From IMG/VR virus record IMGVR_UViG_3300017971_000341, positions 1 through 54,045 of that record: a stretch of 54,045 bases of DNA; one strand, written 5' to 3'. Below are positions 1 through 9,491 of the stretch, piece by piece; the first letter of the stretch is position 1; every line of letters begins with the position of its first letter. The position numbers were made by a program, and so were the translations under genes. The notes below the pieces were generated by a model. The model did no database searches. It saw nothing but the letters and a program-made list of their open reading frames with translations, and was not told where the DNA came from. This stretch comes from a virus. Its lineage: Duplodnaviria; Caudoviricetes.

Positions 1-221
1 CGTAACAGTCTCCCAGAACTCCCTACCAATTGGACCCCCTGACGATCCTCCTGCTTCCCTGGAGCCTCCCCCACAAAGAGGATTTTCAGGTCGCCTCGTC
101 CAGTAACAGGCATCTTGGGCGAGAAGCAGGACCTAGATAATCCACACTTGCCACATTTGGGGATTCCATGGCCCAAGGTCTCTGTAGTTTGCCACGATCC
201 TAATCCAAAGAATCCAGACAT
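1..221 (-). CDS. Family 4 uracil-DNA glycosylase domain, truncated by the window edge; probably the N-terminus of a UDG-DNA polymerase fusion (SPO1 type)
   Basis: Not in the ORF track. Hand translation from ATG at 221: MSGFFGLGSWQTTETLGHGIPKCGKCGLSRSCFSPKMPVTGRGDLKILFVGEAPGKQEDRQGVQLVGSSGRLL. Contains CxxC and the GEAPG motif of UDG family 4. Confidence 0.85.
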   Translation of the reverse strand, partial: MSGFFGLGSWQTTETLGHGIPKCGKCGLSRSCFSPKMPVTGRGDLKILFVGEAPGKQEDRQGVQLVGSSGRLL

Positions 222-234
222 AGATCCAATTACC

Positions 235-408
235 CTATCTTCTGCTCTGACTCCGGCTCCGGCTCCAGCTCCGGCTCCAGCTCCGGCTCCGGCTCCGGCT
301 CCAGCCCCAGCTCCGGCTCCCACTTCGGCTCCAGCTCCGACTCCCACTCCGGCTCCAGCTCCAGCTCCGGCTCCAAACCAGGCGAGGATCCACCATGCAG
401 GGATTCAT
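235..408 (-). CDS. 57-aa Trp/Ser/Arg-repeat protein (MNPCMVDPRLVWSRSWSWSRS...)
   Basis: ATG at 408 and TAG at 237-235; co-directional with neighbours; encoded by a hexamer repeat. Confidence 0.45.
   Translation of the reverse strand: MNPCMVDPRLVWSRSWSWSRSGSRSWSRSGSRSWGWSRSRSRSWSRSWSRSRSQSRR
251..374. repeat. Degenerate hexamer tandem repeat (CTCCRG)n, about 20 units
   Basis: ctccggctccggctccagctccgg... seen directly. Confidence 0.95.
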
Positions 409-471
409 TTATCTCGGTCAATCGTTGCTATGATACGGCTGAAAAGGCAGTCATGCATAATATTGTCGACC

Positions 472-1473
472 CTAGTCCACCTCGAGGCAGACAACAAATT
501 CCACGTTGTCTGTGGCGATCTTCATCTTCCTGTTACCAATCTGAACCTTCCTGCTCCTCTTTAGGATCTCGTCCAGAAATAACGGGTGAACGTCGAAGGC
601 GAGGGTCGGGCCGTCATAGCGGATTCGCTTCTGCTCTCGATACCACCCAGATTCCTTACGACCAATTACCGAGATTAGACCTTTCTTGATTTCAACCCTG
701 ACCAGTGGATTGTCACCAGTCATGATTGTGGCCCTCCCCAGAATCTTGGACAGATTTGGTGGGAGTCTCACGTCCGAGGCCGTGGACAGCTTCAAGATCT
801 TCTCAATGTGGGTTGGGTACTTGAGCGCATAACACCGACACACGATCTCGTGTCCTTCCTCGATCAGCCAGTGAATCCACCCCTCATTCGAGACAGCAGT
901 CTTGAGGACGCCTAATCCGTCGAGCTTGGCTATAGATTCCCCGGGTACTGACACCTCTCGTGGGAATCCAGTTTGGCCCGAGTAGCGATAGAGCCGGTAG
1001 TTGTCACAAGCCTCTACTAGATCCTTGGTCACGTGCACCATGGTGGTAACAGGACTCGCCGAATTTCTCCCACACGTCTTAGCAGCCTGCTGTAGAGCGT
1101 CAGGGACTCCCTCCCGGATCTTCCGCCACTTCTTTGGGATTGGTATCTCGCCTAGAGGGAGAGACACCTCCGATACACAGGAGATTCCAGCTCTCCTCCT
1201 CTTTCCCTGGACCAGCACCTCTGATCCCTTCTTTCGTATGTCGATCTCCTCGTCTGGGTACTTAGCGAGTAATTTAATCAGATCGTCGGCGGGGACCACC
1301 GCATTCTCCAAATCCAAGGGGGATTTGGTCCTCACCAAGATCTCGCCGTCAAAGCTCGATATCGTCCCAGCACCAAACACTAAGCAATTGGATTGGTCTA
1401 AGATCTCGTGTCGCGTGACAGCTATTTGATTGACTTTCAGGGTACGCAAAAGCTCCTTACGATTGACTTGCAC
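472..1473 (-). CDS. DNA polymerase sliding clamp (beta-subunit-like)
   Basis: GTG at 1473 preceded by GGAGGAG. About 333 aa; N-terminus MQVNRKELLRTL...ILDQS and ACDNYRL resemble DnaN; lies next to the UDG/polymerase gene. Confidence 0.65.
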   Translation of the reverse strand: MQVNRKELLRTLKVNQIAVTRHEILDQSNCLVFGAGTISSFDGEILVRTKSPLDLENAVVPADDLIKLLAKYPDEEIDIRKKGSEVLVQGKRRRAGISCVSEVSLPLGEIPIPKKWRKIREGVPDALQQAAKTCGRNSASPVTTMVHVTKDLVEACDNYRLYRYSGQTGFPREVSVPGESIAKLDGLGVLKTAVSNEGWIHWLIEEGHEIVCRCYALKYPTHIEKILKLSTASDVRLPPNLSKILGRATIMTGDNPLVRVEIKKGLISVIGRKESGWYREQKRIRYDGPTLAFDVHPLFLDEILKRSRKVQIGNRKMKIATDNVEFVVCLEVD

Positions 1474-1489
1474 AGTGCTCCTCCAATGC

Positions 1490-1526
1490 GACCAGAGAGG
1501 ACCCAACAACAGAGCCCCCTCTGGTC
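1490..1526 (-). terminator. 15-bp stem-loop after the H1-like gene (terminator or stabiliser)
   Basis: GACCAGAGGGGGCTC-TGTTGTT-GGGTCCTCTCTGGTC on the minus strand; mismatches are G-U pairs on that strand; no U tract. Confidence 0.5.
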
Positions 1527-1544
1527 CATTCTTTATGGCGGGTC

Positions 1545-2393
1545 TCAGCCCAGGTAATTGATTGAATCCCCGTCGACTTCGACGATCCCAAGCGCAGTGA
1601 GGGCCTGAAGGCACTGGAACTGATACCACTTGGCAGAATTCTCGGTGGCGTCAATCGACGCAGCTCTGGTCCCCTGATCTGAATACTCGCGTAGCGCTCT
1701 GCTGAGAGCTGTGGATCGGCTCTTACTGCCACGGATTGCCCTTGCTGTGATCTCCATCCAAGTCTTTCTCTTGGATCCCTTCTTCTTCGTAGCCTTCTTG
1801 GCTGTCTTCTTCTTTGAGGTCTTCTTCTTCGCTGGAGTCTTCTTGGCTGTCTTCTTCGCTGGAGTCTTCTTGGCTGTCTTCTTGGCTGTCTTCTTCGCTG
1901 GAGTCTTCTTGGCTGTCTTCTTCGCTGTCTTCTTCGCTGGAGTCTTCTTGGCCTTCTTCTTGGCTGTCTTCTTCGCTGGAGTCTTCTTGGCTGTCTTCTT
2001 CTTCGCTGGAGTCTTCTTGGCTGTCTTCTTCTTCGCTGGAGTCTTCTTGGCTGTCTTCACTGAATTCTCCTTCTTTGTGGTCTTGACCTCCTCGTCCTCG
2101 TCGACCTCGTCGACCTCCTCGTCCTCCTCGTCGACCTCCTCGTCGACCTCCTCGTCGACCTCCTCGTCGACCTCCTCGTCGACCTCTTCCTCCTCGTCGA
2201 CCTCTTCCTCCTCGTCGACCTCAAATCCCAAATCCGTGAGTAGGTCTATCTCTTCGTCCGAGAGATCGTCTGGAGGATCCACCTCCAGTAGAGATCTCTC
2301 CAGCTTAGCCTGTGCTCGCCTAGCAGAGATCCCATCCTTGTACCCGATTCCCAGCTTCTTCAGCAGTCCCAATACCAAATCACTTCGGTTCAT
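1545..2393 (-). CDS. Histone H1-like DNA-binding protein with an acidic tract and KKTAKKTPAKK repeats
   Basis: EVDE repeats followed by about 100 aa of Lys/Ala/Thr/Pro repeats; AAGGAG RBS. Confidence 0.7.
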   Translation of the reverse strand: MNRSDLVLGLLKKLGIGYKDGISARRAQAKLERSLLEVDPPDDLSDEEIDLLTDLGFEVDEEEEVDEEEEVDEEVDEEVDEEVDEEVDEEDEEVDEVDEDEEVKTTKKENSVKTAKKTPAKKKTAKKTPAKKKTAKKTPAKKTAKKKAKKTPAKKTAKKTAKKTPAKKTAKKTAKKTPAKKTAKKTPAKKKTSKKKTAKKATKKKGSKRKTWMEITARAIRGSKSRSTALSRALREYSDQGTRAASIDATENSAKWYQFQCLQALTALGIVEVDGDSINYLG

Positions 2394-2505
2394 TTCACTC
2401 CTTCTTCTCTCGTTGTTGATTTCGTCTCTCTCTACTTATATAGTTCCATTCCCCTGGTTAGAAAATCGGATTGTGCTGGATCTCTTATAAGACGTGGGAT
2501 CTAGC

Positions 2506-3921
2506 CTAGAGCATAGAGCAGCAGAGAGCCCTCCCCAGTGCGGGACATTGGGCGATCCAGAGACACTGATTCGCTCTGTAGGGGGACTCTCTCAACACAA
2601 TCCAATTCAAACGCATCACCTCTAGATTCTTCTCACGGGGTGTCTGATTCAGTCCGAGCATTCCTGTGACATGAGCCATTTTCCTCTTGTCTTCCGAGAA
2701 GTTGCTCATGTCTTGCGTCTCCTTCCCGTAGCTCCCTGCGTCCGCTTGCGTAGGGGCAATCACTAGGACGTGTTTTTCTTGGCTGAGTCGGCGTAGAGCC
2801 TTCCACGTGTCGTTAACCTGCTCTCTCTCTCCCTTCTTTGGATCTTCTGGGGCCAGGATATCGGCGTAGTCGATTAGGATCACGTCAGGGATAAATCCGT
2901 CCTCTACTTCCCACTTCTCTAGGATTCCCTCGATCTCACGTACGTTGATTGAAGAATTCGGGTGAACAGATACCCGACAGTAGCTCTCGGTTTTTGAGAG
3001 GCCGTGTGTCCTGACGAATTTACGGACAGCTCTCAAGCAAGCTACTCTGGAGATCGTGTGCGGTCTATACTTCTCCCTGGTCTTCAGAACTACTGGTCGA
3101 TCTTCCTGATCACTACCATTGTTGATCCGCATTCGGTATGGGATCTCGATAGTCCCACATTGGCTTCTCCAGATTGGACGGCCAGAGACGCGCATTCCAA
3201 GGCGCCGAATGAATTGAGCCTCAGACAGATCACCAACCTCGAAGAATGCCACCCTGCGCCTCTGACGGAGAGCTTGGTAGGCGATTTCAAGGCAGAACGC
3301 TGTTTTGCCTCGCTTCTCGGGTCCTTGGATTGCGATCAAAGCGTCTCGGGTCATAGCCGAATCTAGAAATTTCCCGGCCAGTCCGGGGAACTGAATCACA
3401 GGCTTGGCTGGATCCTGAAAAGCCCTCTGCCAGACCCCTCTATCGGTCAGAGGATCCACACCAACTCCCTGACCTACTTGGGTGGAGTGGTAGCCCAGGA
3501 CAGAATCCTCTGCAGCCTCTCTATCTCCCTGAGTGAGGTGGTAGCTTAGATCGTCGCGCAACTTGGTGAGTTTTTGCTTGGTGATCCAATTCCCTAACTG
3601 GTCCAGCAAGTACGGGACATTGACCCCATTCTCGGAGTACTCCCCAGAGAGACTCGAAAGCAAATCATGTACGGAATCTACTAACCCCTCGTCGTCGTTG
3701 TCCTCTGACCATGACTGGTAGATCGATTCGATTTGTTGACCTGGAGCCTCCCGGTACTCTCGGTGGTAATCCAGACACCACTCTGCTACCTGTCTCAGGT
3801 GGCTAGATCTGATCAGCCTTGGGTCGAGGTGCAGAGACGCCTGCGAGGCGAACTCTGAACTGGTGATTAGAGCGGTGATCAACCGCTTTTCGAGACCACT
3901 TTCTACCTTCTGTCGTCTCAC
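2506..3921 (-). CDS. dnaB: DnaB-like replicative helicase
   Basis: Walker A GPEKRGKT, Walker B DVILIDYAD, PTQ and SED motifs; start moved to GTG at 3921. Confidence 0.85.
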   Translation of the reverse strand: MRRQKVESGLEKRLITALITSSEFASQASLHLDPRLIRSSHLRQVAEWCLDYHREYREAPGQQIESIYQSWSEDNDDEGLVDSVHDLLSSLSGEYSENGVNVPYLLDQLGNWITKQKLTKLRDDLSYHLTQGDREAAEDSVLGYHSTQVGQGVGVDPLTDRGVWQRAFQDPAKPVIQFPGLAGKFLDSAMTRDALIAIQGPEKRGKTAFCLEIAYQALRQRRRVAFFEVGDLSEAQFIRRLGMRVSGRPIWRSQCGTIEIPYRMRINNGSDQEDRPVVLKTREKYRPHTISRVACLRAVRKFVRTHGLSKTESYCRVSVHPNSSINVREIEGILEKWEVEDGFIPDVILIDYADILAPEDPKKGEREQVNDTWKALRRLSQEKHVLVIAPTQADAGSYGKETQDMSNFSEDKRKMAHVTGMLGLNQTPREKNLEVMRLNWIVLRESPYRANQCLWIAQCPALGRALCCSML

Positions 3922-4038
3922 AGATCTTCCTCTCATTCTTCCAGGCTCGAGAAACGCACGGAGCGTTTGTGTGTGCAACGATCTCAGTGATACATGGCAT
4001 ATCAGTCAAGCCAACAAAAACAGGCTCGTACAGGGCAG

Positions 4039-5313
4039 CTATGGCAGCCCAATCCTAGCCAAGGTCTTCTTGCAACACTTCCCGTCGACGTTTTGGCGCA
4101 GAATCTTTCTGGAGTATCGCAGGAAGTGCTTTCCATGGGGTGGCATGAACTCTTGTAGACTCCCACCCCATTGGCTCCAGCTGGAGACTTGCTTGGCAAT
4201 CCAATCTAGATACCAGTCCTGTCGCCAGTATGGCAGGCAACTAGCTAAGAAGGTCTCGGCGTCAAATCTCAGGGCATAGTTGCCGTTCTTCCCAGACTCC
4301 TTTCGCAACTGCTCGCGCATGGCGTCCTCAGCGTCACACGACCATGCGCTTACCGATTGGAGGAGGAGTGGCAGATCTTCTGTCCCTTCGTGTACTCCCC
4401 ATGTTTCTCTCCAACGCTGTTTGGTCCACTCTAGAGATTTCTTCTGAGCTTTGGTGAGCTGTACCTCCTCGTGTTTGGGCCTGGCAATTCCTTCCAATCT
4501 GCTCTTGGCATCTTCAATAGCCAGGAATTTGTTCCTGAAGGATTTTCCACTGTAGGCGATTGGCAGATACTTGGAGTTGTCTTGAATCAGATCATTTTCG
4601 AAAGCTTGGCAGTACCAGTCCAAAACCCTCTTGATTCTCCTGACGTCTAGTTGGTCCTTTGTGTGGAGCTTCCGGATCTCGGAAGCCCACCCCACTACCT
4701 TGGAATTCTGATTGATCTTTCGTACTCGGCCAACTGCGTCTGCTAGCTTCTTGGCGTATCTCTCCCACCTCTTCTCCAGCTCTGGGGTCTTGGGAGTGCC
4801 TTTCTCACACCTAAAACCATGATATGAAGTCTTCTCTAAGGTCTTCTCCTGCTCCTTATAATGGTTGGTCCCTTTTGGCCCATCCAGTTGGTCCCTTTCG
4901 GCACTATCAAGTTGGTCCCTTTTGGCCCATCTTGTTTGGCCCGTTTTGGCTGAAATTGACGGGTGCTTCTCCCTCCACTCCGCCAAGAATTCCACGAGTA
5001 AATCCCAGTCGATTGAATACCACGTTTTGGCCGGGATCCCTCTTCTGGATACGGTCAGGAAAGGGACGTCTTTGATCTTTTTCTTGGCTATTTTCAGTTC
5101 CTTCCTGTGGATTCCAGTCTCCTCCCTGATCTGATCGTCCGTTTTCCAGATCTCGTCTGTGTCGACAGCCGAGAGCCAGAACATGATCTGAGAGAGCACG
5201 AGCCCTCCCTTTATCGATCCTGTGATTTCAGCGTAGATTGGATAGAAGACTATGGGCCTCTCGTTCAGGGCGCGCATGCATGATTTGATTGCCCCTCTCT
5301 TCTGCTCATTCAT
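4039..5313 (-). CDS. Phage replication initiator / replisome organiser (N-terminal winged helix)
   Basis: RPIVFYP..LSQIMFW..IWKT..EETG..RRGIPAKTWY pattern; internal iteron-like repeats; lies upstream of the helicase. Confidence 0.7.
   Translation of the reverse strand: MNEQKRGAIKSCMRALNERPIVFYPIYAEITGSIKGGLVLSQIMFWLSAVDTDEIWKTDDQIREETGIHRKELKIAKKKIKDVPFLTVSRRGIPAKTWYSIDWDLLVEFLAEWREKHPSISAKTGQTRWAKRDQLDSAERDQLDGPKGTNHYKEQEKTLEKTSYHGFRCEKGTPKTPELEKRWERYAKKLADAVGRVRKINQNSKVVGWASEIRKLHTKDQLDVRRIKRVLDWYCQAFENDLIQDNSKYLPIAYSGKSFRNKFLAIEDAKSRLEGIARPKHEEVQLTKAQKKSLEWTKQRWRETWGVHEGTEDLPLLLQSVSAWSCDAEDAMREQLRKESGKNGNYALRFDAETFLASCLPYWRQDWYLDWIAKQVSSWSQWGGSLQEFMPPHGKHFLRYSRKILRQNVDGKCCKKTLARIGLP
4864..4952. 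repeat. Iteron-like direct repeats, putative replication origin
   Basis: GTTGGTCCCTTTTGGCCCATC at 4864 and 4911, a variant at 4887, a degenerate copy at about 4935; period 23-24 bp. Confidence 0.7.
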
Positions 5314-5527
5314 GAGTGTCTCTGGTCCTCCTGCCCACTGGTCTGCGATCGTTTGATCGAGGTCTGCCAGGACTCGGTCTCTCGAGCACAGCCTTGGTGC
5401 GGAGGGCAGACGGTCGGATATACCAGCGGTGTCCTCGCTTGACAGCACGAATTCTGCCGATCTTCACGTAATGCCAGGCTATCTGATATGAGCATCCCAA
5501 TACTTCAGCAGCTTCTGAAATCGTCAC
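5306..5527 (-). CDS. Excisionase-type helix-turn-helix DNA-binding protein
   Basis: TISEAAEVLGCS...GRIRAVKRGHRWYI; GTG at 5527 with GGAGG RBS. Confidence 0.75.
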   Translation of the reverse strand: MTISEAAEVLGCSYQIAWHYVKIGRIRAVKRGHRWYIRPSALRTKAVLERPSPGRPRSNDRRPVGRRTRDTHE

Positions 5528-5574
5528 TCTTCCTCCTTTGGGCCAACAAGGGACGAGCAAGATAGCACACAAGA

Positions 5575-6480
5575 CTAGTCCTGTCTATTGAATATTAGAG
5601 CGCCCATAAGACTCTTAGCCTCTAAGGGTTCCAAGTCTCCAGGATCACACGGCATGTCGTCCACCAGCTCTGTCGACCCTGGGTAGGCTGATAGCCACTC
5701 AGCTAGACGTCTGGCTGATCTTTGTGCATTCTGGTCTGGATCGTAGCAGACAAATCTATGCTTGAATTGTCGAATCAGATTGGCTTGTGTCACCGTCCAA
5801 TCTATTCCCAAGGTGGCTACTGATCCTGGTCCCAGTCTCCAGACGTCTGCAGGACCCTCGACCACTACGATCGAATCACCTGGCACGTTATGAATGCCAT
5901 AGAGGAATCCGTTCGGATCCTCTGCGCAGTCTTGTTTATCCGTGATTCGGTATTTGGGTTTTGCCCGTGAGCTGATTGATCGGCCGATATGGGCGACTGG
6001 AACACCGAACCGATTGCAGATCGTGCCGACGACTCGCCAATTCCATTTCCCGCTAAGGTGTCGTGTGCCTTCTAGCCCCCACTCCCTCTCGATCTCTCGA
6101 GATCTGAATCCCCGACGTCTCAGATAGGATCTGTGTTGATGAGATAGAGATTCGAGGTGGGGAGGTGGGACGAGGACAGATCTGTGTCGTCTGGTCCGGG
6201 GGATTCCTGGAGAGTCCATTTGGTACTTCTGCAGGACTTTGTAAATCTTCGATCGGTCAGAGGTCCGCAGGATTTCTCCAAGGTAGGACCAGACACTGTG
6301 CCCTCCGCACCTCCAGCAGTTGAAATAGCCACTCTCGAGAGAGAATCCAAGGTGGAAGCCAGATACGCCACCAGCACAGAAGGGACAATGCAATTGAATC
6401 CAACCCTCGTGACAGTGGTGGTGTCCGCTGTCGATCGAATCCATATGGTGCTCTTGTGCGAATCGGACGATATCAAACAC
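5575..6480 (-). CDS. DNA primase (Zn finger plus Toprim)
   Basis: CPFC...FNCWRC zinc finger, VVVEGPAD, YDPD, DPGDL. Confidence 0.85.
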   Translation of the reverse strand: MFDIVRFAQEHHMDSIDSGHHHCHEGWIQLHCPFCAGGVSGFHLGFSLESGYFNCWRCGGHSVWSYLGEILRTSDRSKIYKVLQKYQMDSPGIPRTRRHRSVLVPPPHLESLSHQHRSYLRRRGFRSREIEREWGLEGTRHLSGKWNWRVVGTICNRFGVPVAHIGRSISSRAKPKYRITDKQDCAEDPNGFLYGIHNVPGDSIVVVEGPADVWRLGPGSVATLGIDWTVTQANLIRQFKHRFVCYDPDQNAQRSARRLAEWLSAYPGSTELVDDMPCDPGDLEPLEAKSLMGALIFNRQD

Positions 6481-6483
6481 AGA

Positions 6484-7830
6484 CTATCTCAACAGATCTA
6501 GGTAAGACTGAGAGGGACCTAGAATCTGATCACACACCTCTCGTTTCTTTTCCTGAATCTCCATAATCCTCTCTTCAATCGTGTTGGATCCCACAAGGTA
6601 GTAGCAGTCCACAGAATCGGCAGTCTGTCCGATCCTCAAGGATCGGTCCTCTGCTTGGTCGTGATCTGCTGGTACCCAGCCGATCTCCAGGAATAGAATC
6701 GTAGAAGCTGCTGTGAGATTTAGTCCGTGACCAGCTGCTTGCAACTGGCCAAGGAAGATCCTGCAATCGGGATCGGTTTGGAATCGATCCACTAGCCGCA
6801 TTCTCTGATCTGTTCTCACCGACCCGTCCACCTTTACACTGATCTTCCGGAACACAGAATAGACGTGGTCTAGCACGTCTGTGTGAATCCCGAAGATTAG
6901 AAGCTTGTCCTCTGTGGCGTCTATCCAGTCGTTGATCAATCGAGCAGCCATGCGCAATTTCCCCACAGCTGCTAGGTGCTTGAGTTTGCCTAGACGAACC
7001 AAAGCTATTGCACCCTTGGCCTTCTTGACTGCCTTTTCGCCTCCTTGTTCTCTGATCCAATTTACTATGTCGTCTTGTGCCTTGGTGTACTCTGCTTGAT
7101 TGTCGATCTCGACCGGAATCGTGATTCTTCTTTTGGGTGGCAGGTGGGGGAGGACCTCTCGCTTTGTTCTCCGAATCATGATCCCCTGCAAGCGGTCTTG
7201 CAGCTCCTCTAGATTGGAGGATCCAGAAAAGTCCCAATGGCCACCGAATCCCTTCTTTGGATCGCAGTAGCGAAATGCAAATCTCCAGAATGATTTGAAC
7301 TCTCGAGGTCGAATCATTTCTAGGACGGGGTATAGCTCTGAAGGTTTGTTGAGGACAGGAGTACCGGATAGAGCAATCACGTGTTGGCTAGCCTTGGCTA
7401 ATCGTCTGCATGCTTTGGTTCTCTTCGCCTTCCTGTTTTTTGCTTTGTGGCATTCGTCGATAACGAGGCCAGCGGGCTTTGTCTCCAAGAGGACGCCCAG
7501 CCACGAATTTAGAATGTCGTAGTTGACGATCAGGAAGGGGGAGGAGACGTGTTTGGGTCTCCTCCCATTTAACACCACTGAATCCAACCCGAACAACTTT
7601 CGAAGCTCTCTCTGCCAGTTCAGCTTTAGTGACGCTGGGCAGACTACGACCACGGGTCTGATTTCTGGGTGGACAGCGAACCACCCAGCAGCCTGCAGCG
7701 TCTTCCCCAGACCCATGTCGTCACCAATCAGAACTCTCCCGAGGTTCCGTTCGACGAATCGCACTCCCCGTACTTGGTACCGGTACGGATCGACTCTCAG
7801 AATGGATCGGAGCTGGGATCCGATAGACAT
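6484..7830 (-). CDS. SNF2-family helicase
   Basis: DDMGLGKT, VVCPASL, IDECH, LSGTP, GHGLNLT, QAEDRSLRIGQ. Confidence 0.92.
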   Translation of the reverse strand: MSIGSQLRSILRVDPYRYQVRGVRFVERNLGRVLIGDDMGLGKTLQAAGWFAVHPEIRPVVVVCPASLKLNWQRELRKLFGLDSVVLNGRRPKHVSSPFLIVNYDILNSWLGVLLETKPAGLVIDECHKAKNRKAKRTKACRRLAKASQHVIALSGTPVLNKPSELYPVLEMIRPREFKSFWRFAFRYCDPKKGFGGHWDFSGSSNLEELQDRLQGIMIRRTKREVLPHLPPKRRITIPVEIDNQAEYTKAQDDIVNWIREQGGEKAVKKAKGAIALVRLGKLKHLAAVGKLRMAARLINDWIDATEDKLLIFGIHTDVLDHVYSVFRKISVKVDGSVRTDQRMRLVDRFQTDPDCRIFLGQLQAAGHGLNLTAASTILFLEIGWVPADHDQAEDRSLRIGQTADSVDCYYLVGSNTIEERIMEIQEKKREVCDQILGPSQSYLDLLR

Positions 7831-7836
7831 TTCTCT

Positions 7837-8076
7837 CTACTCCAACCGATACACGGAACAACCAGCTCTGGCGAATTGGTAGTAGGGATCGAGTGCATGG
7901 TGCTCGCAAAAGAAGCGGACCTCTAATGGATGATCGATTCGATAGGTGGCGTCCTCCTCGCAGTTCCCATATTCGCACTCTCCGTCGTGCTTGTGACAAG
8001 TGGGACAGTATAGATTCCCGTGCAGCTCACACACTCGTAAGCACTCGGGGCAGTATTCCTCATGACGTGAGGACAT
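7837..8076 (-). CDS. Small Cys-rich (Zn-binding) hypothetical protein
   Basis: CPEC, CPTC and further Cys/His residues; operon context. Confidence 0.55.
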   Translation of the reverse strand: MSSRHEEYCPECLRVCELHGNLYCPTCHKHDGECEYGNCEEDATYRIDHPLEVRFFCEHHALDPYYQFARAGCSVYRLE

Positions 8077-8593
8077 TGGATCTCACCTCCTCCCAGATCT
8101 GATTCGCATCTCCAGCAGACCAACCCCAATGGTTGATCGCGTACTGTTTCGCCATTCTTCTAACTCGCACGGGAGCGCGAGGGGAGAATTCCTCCGCTAT
8201 CTCTTCGGGAGTCTCTAGCAGAATACCCACCAAGGCTCTCGCCTCCTCACTGATCTCCGACCATAGACTGTCTAGCCAAGAATCCCGACTCTCCAGACGA
8301 TCTAGATCTGAATCTGGGATCTCTCTCTTGGTCCTTTTGATCTCCGACCACAAAGCACTCTGAATCCTCCCCCAGAGATACGTGGACAACCGACACCTAC
8401 CAGGGTCGTAGCGATTTTCGCATAGTGTCACCACCAGGCTGTGTTCAGCTACCTCTAGCAGATCCGAGTAGGATCTCCCGTAGGCTCTGGCGAATCTCCG
8501 AGCCAAACAGCGAGCGATCCCCAAATGATCTCGATACAGACTCTCGTTCCCGCTTGCGGCGTTCTCTGGGATCGATTTGTTTCGGCCAGACAC
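8060..8593 (-). CDS. RNA polymerase sigma factor-like protein (region 2)
   Basis: LARRFAR..YSDLL..RYDPGRCRLSTY resembles sigma70 region 2. Confidence 0.55.
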   Translation of the reverse strand: MSGRNKSIPENAASGNESLYRDHLGIARCLARRFARAYGRSYSDLLEVAEHSLVVTLCENRYDPGRCRLSTYLWGRIQSALWSEIKRTKREIPDSDLDRLESRDSWLDSLWSEISEEARALVGILLETPEEIAEEFSPRAPVRVRRMAKQYAINHWGWSAGDANQIWEEVRSNVLTS

Positions 8594-8598
8594 AACAC

Positions 8599-8817
8599 CT
8601 ACTCCTCCCCCTGTGGAAACGTGAACTTGATCCTCGTGAACTCGATCCTCACGGGTTTGGGTCTCGGAGGATCAAACCACTTGGCGGCGGCGGCAGCTTC
8701 CGCTTTGGTCCTATGCAGCTGCACCTCGTGGAATTCGTCGATGTAAGGTATGCCGTTTGGCATGCACAAAACCCACCAGTTCAAGCGCTCTTCGTCCATA
8801 GAATCATTCATTGCCAC
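8599..8817 (-). CDS. Hypothetical protein
   Basis: ORF with AAGGAG upstream, in operon. Confidence 0.5.
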   Translation of the reverse strand: MAMNDSMDEERLNWWVLCMPNGIPYIDEFHEVQLHRTKAEAAAAAKWFDPPRPKPVRIEFTRIKFTFPQGEE

Positions 8818-8880
8818 TCCTTTTCTGATTAGAATCTCGATCCTATTCTAGACGAACAGACCGTGGTGATCCATAAAATT

Positions 8881-9399
8881 TTAGGGATTCTCCCACCCAC
8901 AACCTGCTCGACACTGTAGACCGTGGGTCTTTGCCGTCCTTCCCACGCCGCCAGACCAGAGACAGGCACTACACTGAGGGCAGCGACCATTCCTCTGCCC
9001 AGCTCTCTCACAGGACTGGCACTCTACAACTGACGTGAAGACAGTCTCCTCCCCTGTCCTTCCGCAGCTCTTGCAGATCAGTAGCCGATTAGGACGTACA
9101 GCCTGCCCAGCGCAGAACGAGCACTGAGTAGACGCGCCACGAATCAGGGAGTAGATCACTACTGCTTGGGGTACTCCACAATCGCAAACGCAATCCACGT
9201 AGCGGTGCATTCTCCCAACGATCCGAAATCCGACGGACACCACAGTCCAACTCCCCCAACGACTCCCGATAGGTGGGTCGTGTCTGGGTGTGCGTGTTAC
9301 TTTGGGAGTGTAGCGCGCAAGACTGTCCCCTCTAGTCCTTGGGGTCCCCAGAGGGAGTACACCTCTCTTCAGCCTCCCGTCTCTACTTGTCCTAGCCAT
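8881..9399 (-). CDS. Cys-rich protein with the N-terminal domain typical of phage HNH/AP2 endonuclease-like proteins
   Basis: IGSRWGSWTV..CVCDCG..LIRGASTQC; several CxxC; ATG at 9399 with GGAG RBS. Confidence 0.5.
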   Translation of the reverse strand: MARTSRDGRLKRGVLPLGTPRTRGDSLARYTPKVTRTPRHDPPIGSRWGSWTVVSVGFRIVGRMHRYVDCVCDCGVPQAVVIYSLIRGASTQCSFCAGQAVRPNRLLICKSCGRTGEETVFTSVVECQSCERAGQRNGRCPQCSACLWSGGVGRTAKTHGLQCRAGCGWENP

Positions 9400-9433
9400 T
9401 GTGTATTCTCCAGGTCCAGAGTTCAGAGGGAGC

Positions 9434-9461
9434 ATAATACAAAACAAACACGACAGGTCAA
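9434..9461 (-). promoter_or_regulatory. Sigma70-like leftward promoter at the strand divergence point
   Basis: TTGACC-N16-TATTAT on the minus strand. Confidence 0.55.
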
Positions 9462-9491
9462 CTGCGTTTTTGAGAGAGAAAGGAAATCCCC

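Noticed and set aside
115-564. Plus-strand ORF with PAPAPA repeats
   Set aside because: Antisense to the UDG and clamp genes; it stays open because of the hexamer repeat
1711-2490. Plus-strand hydrophobic ORF resembling a membrane protein
   Set aside because: Antisense shadow of the Lys/Glu repeats in the H1-like gene
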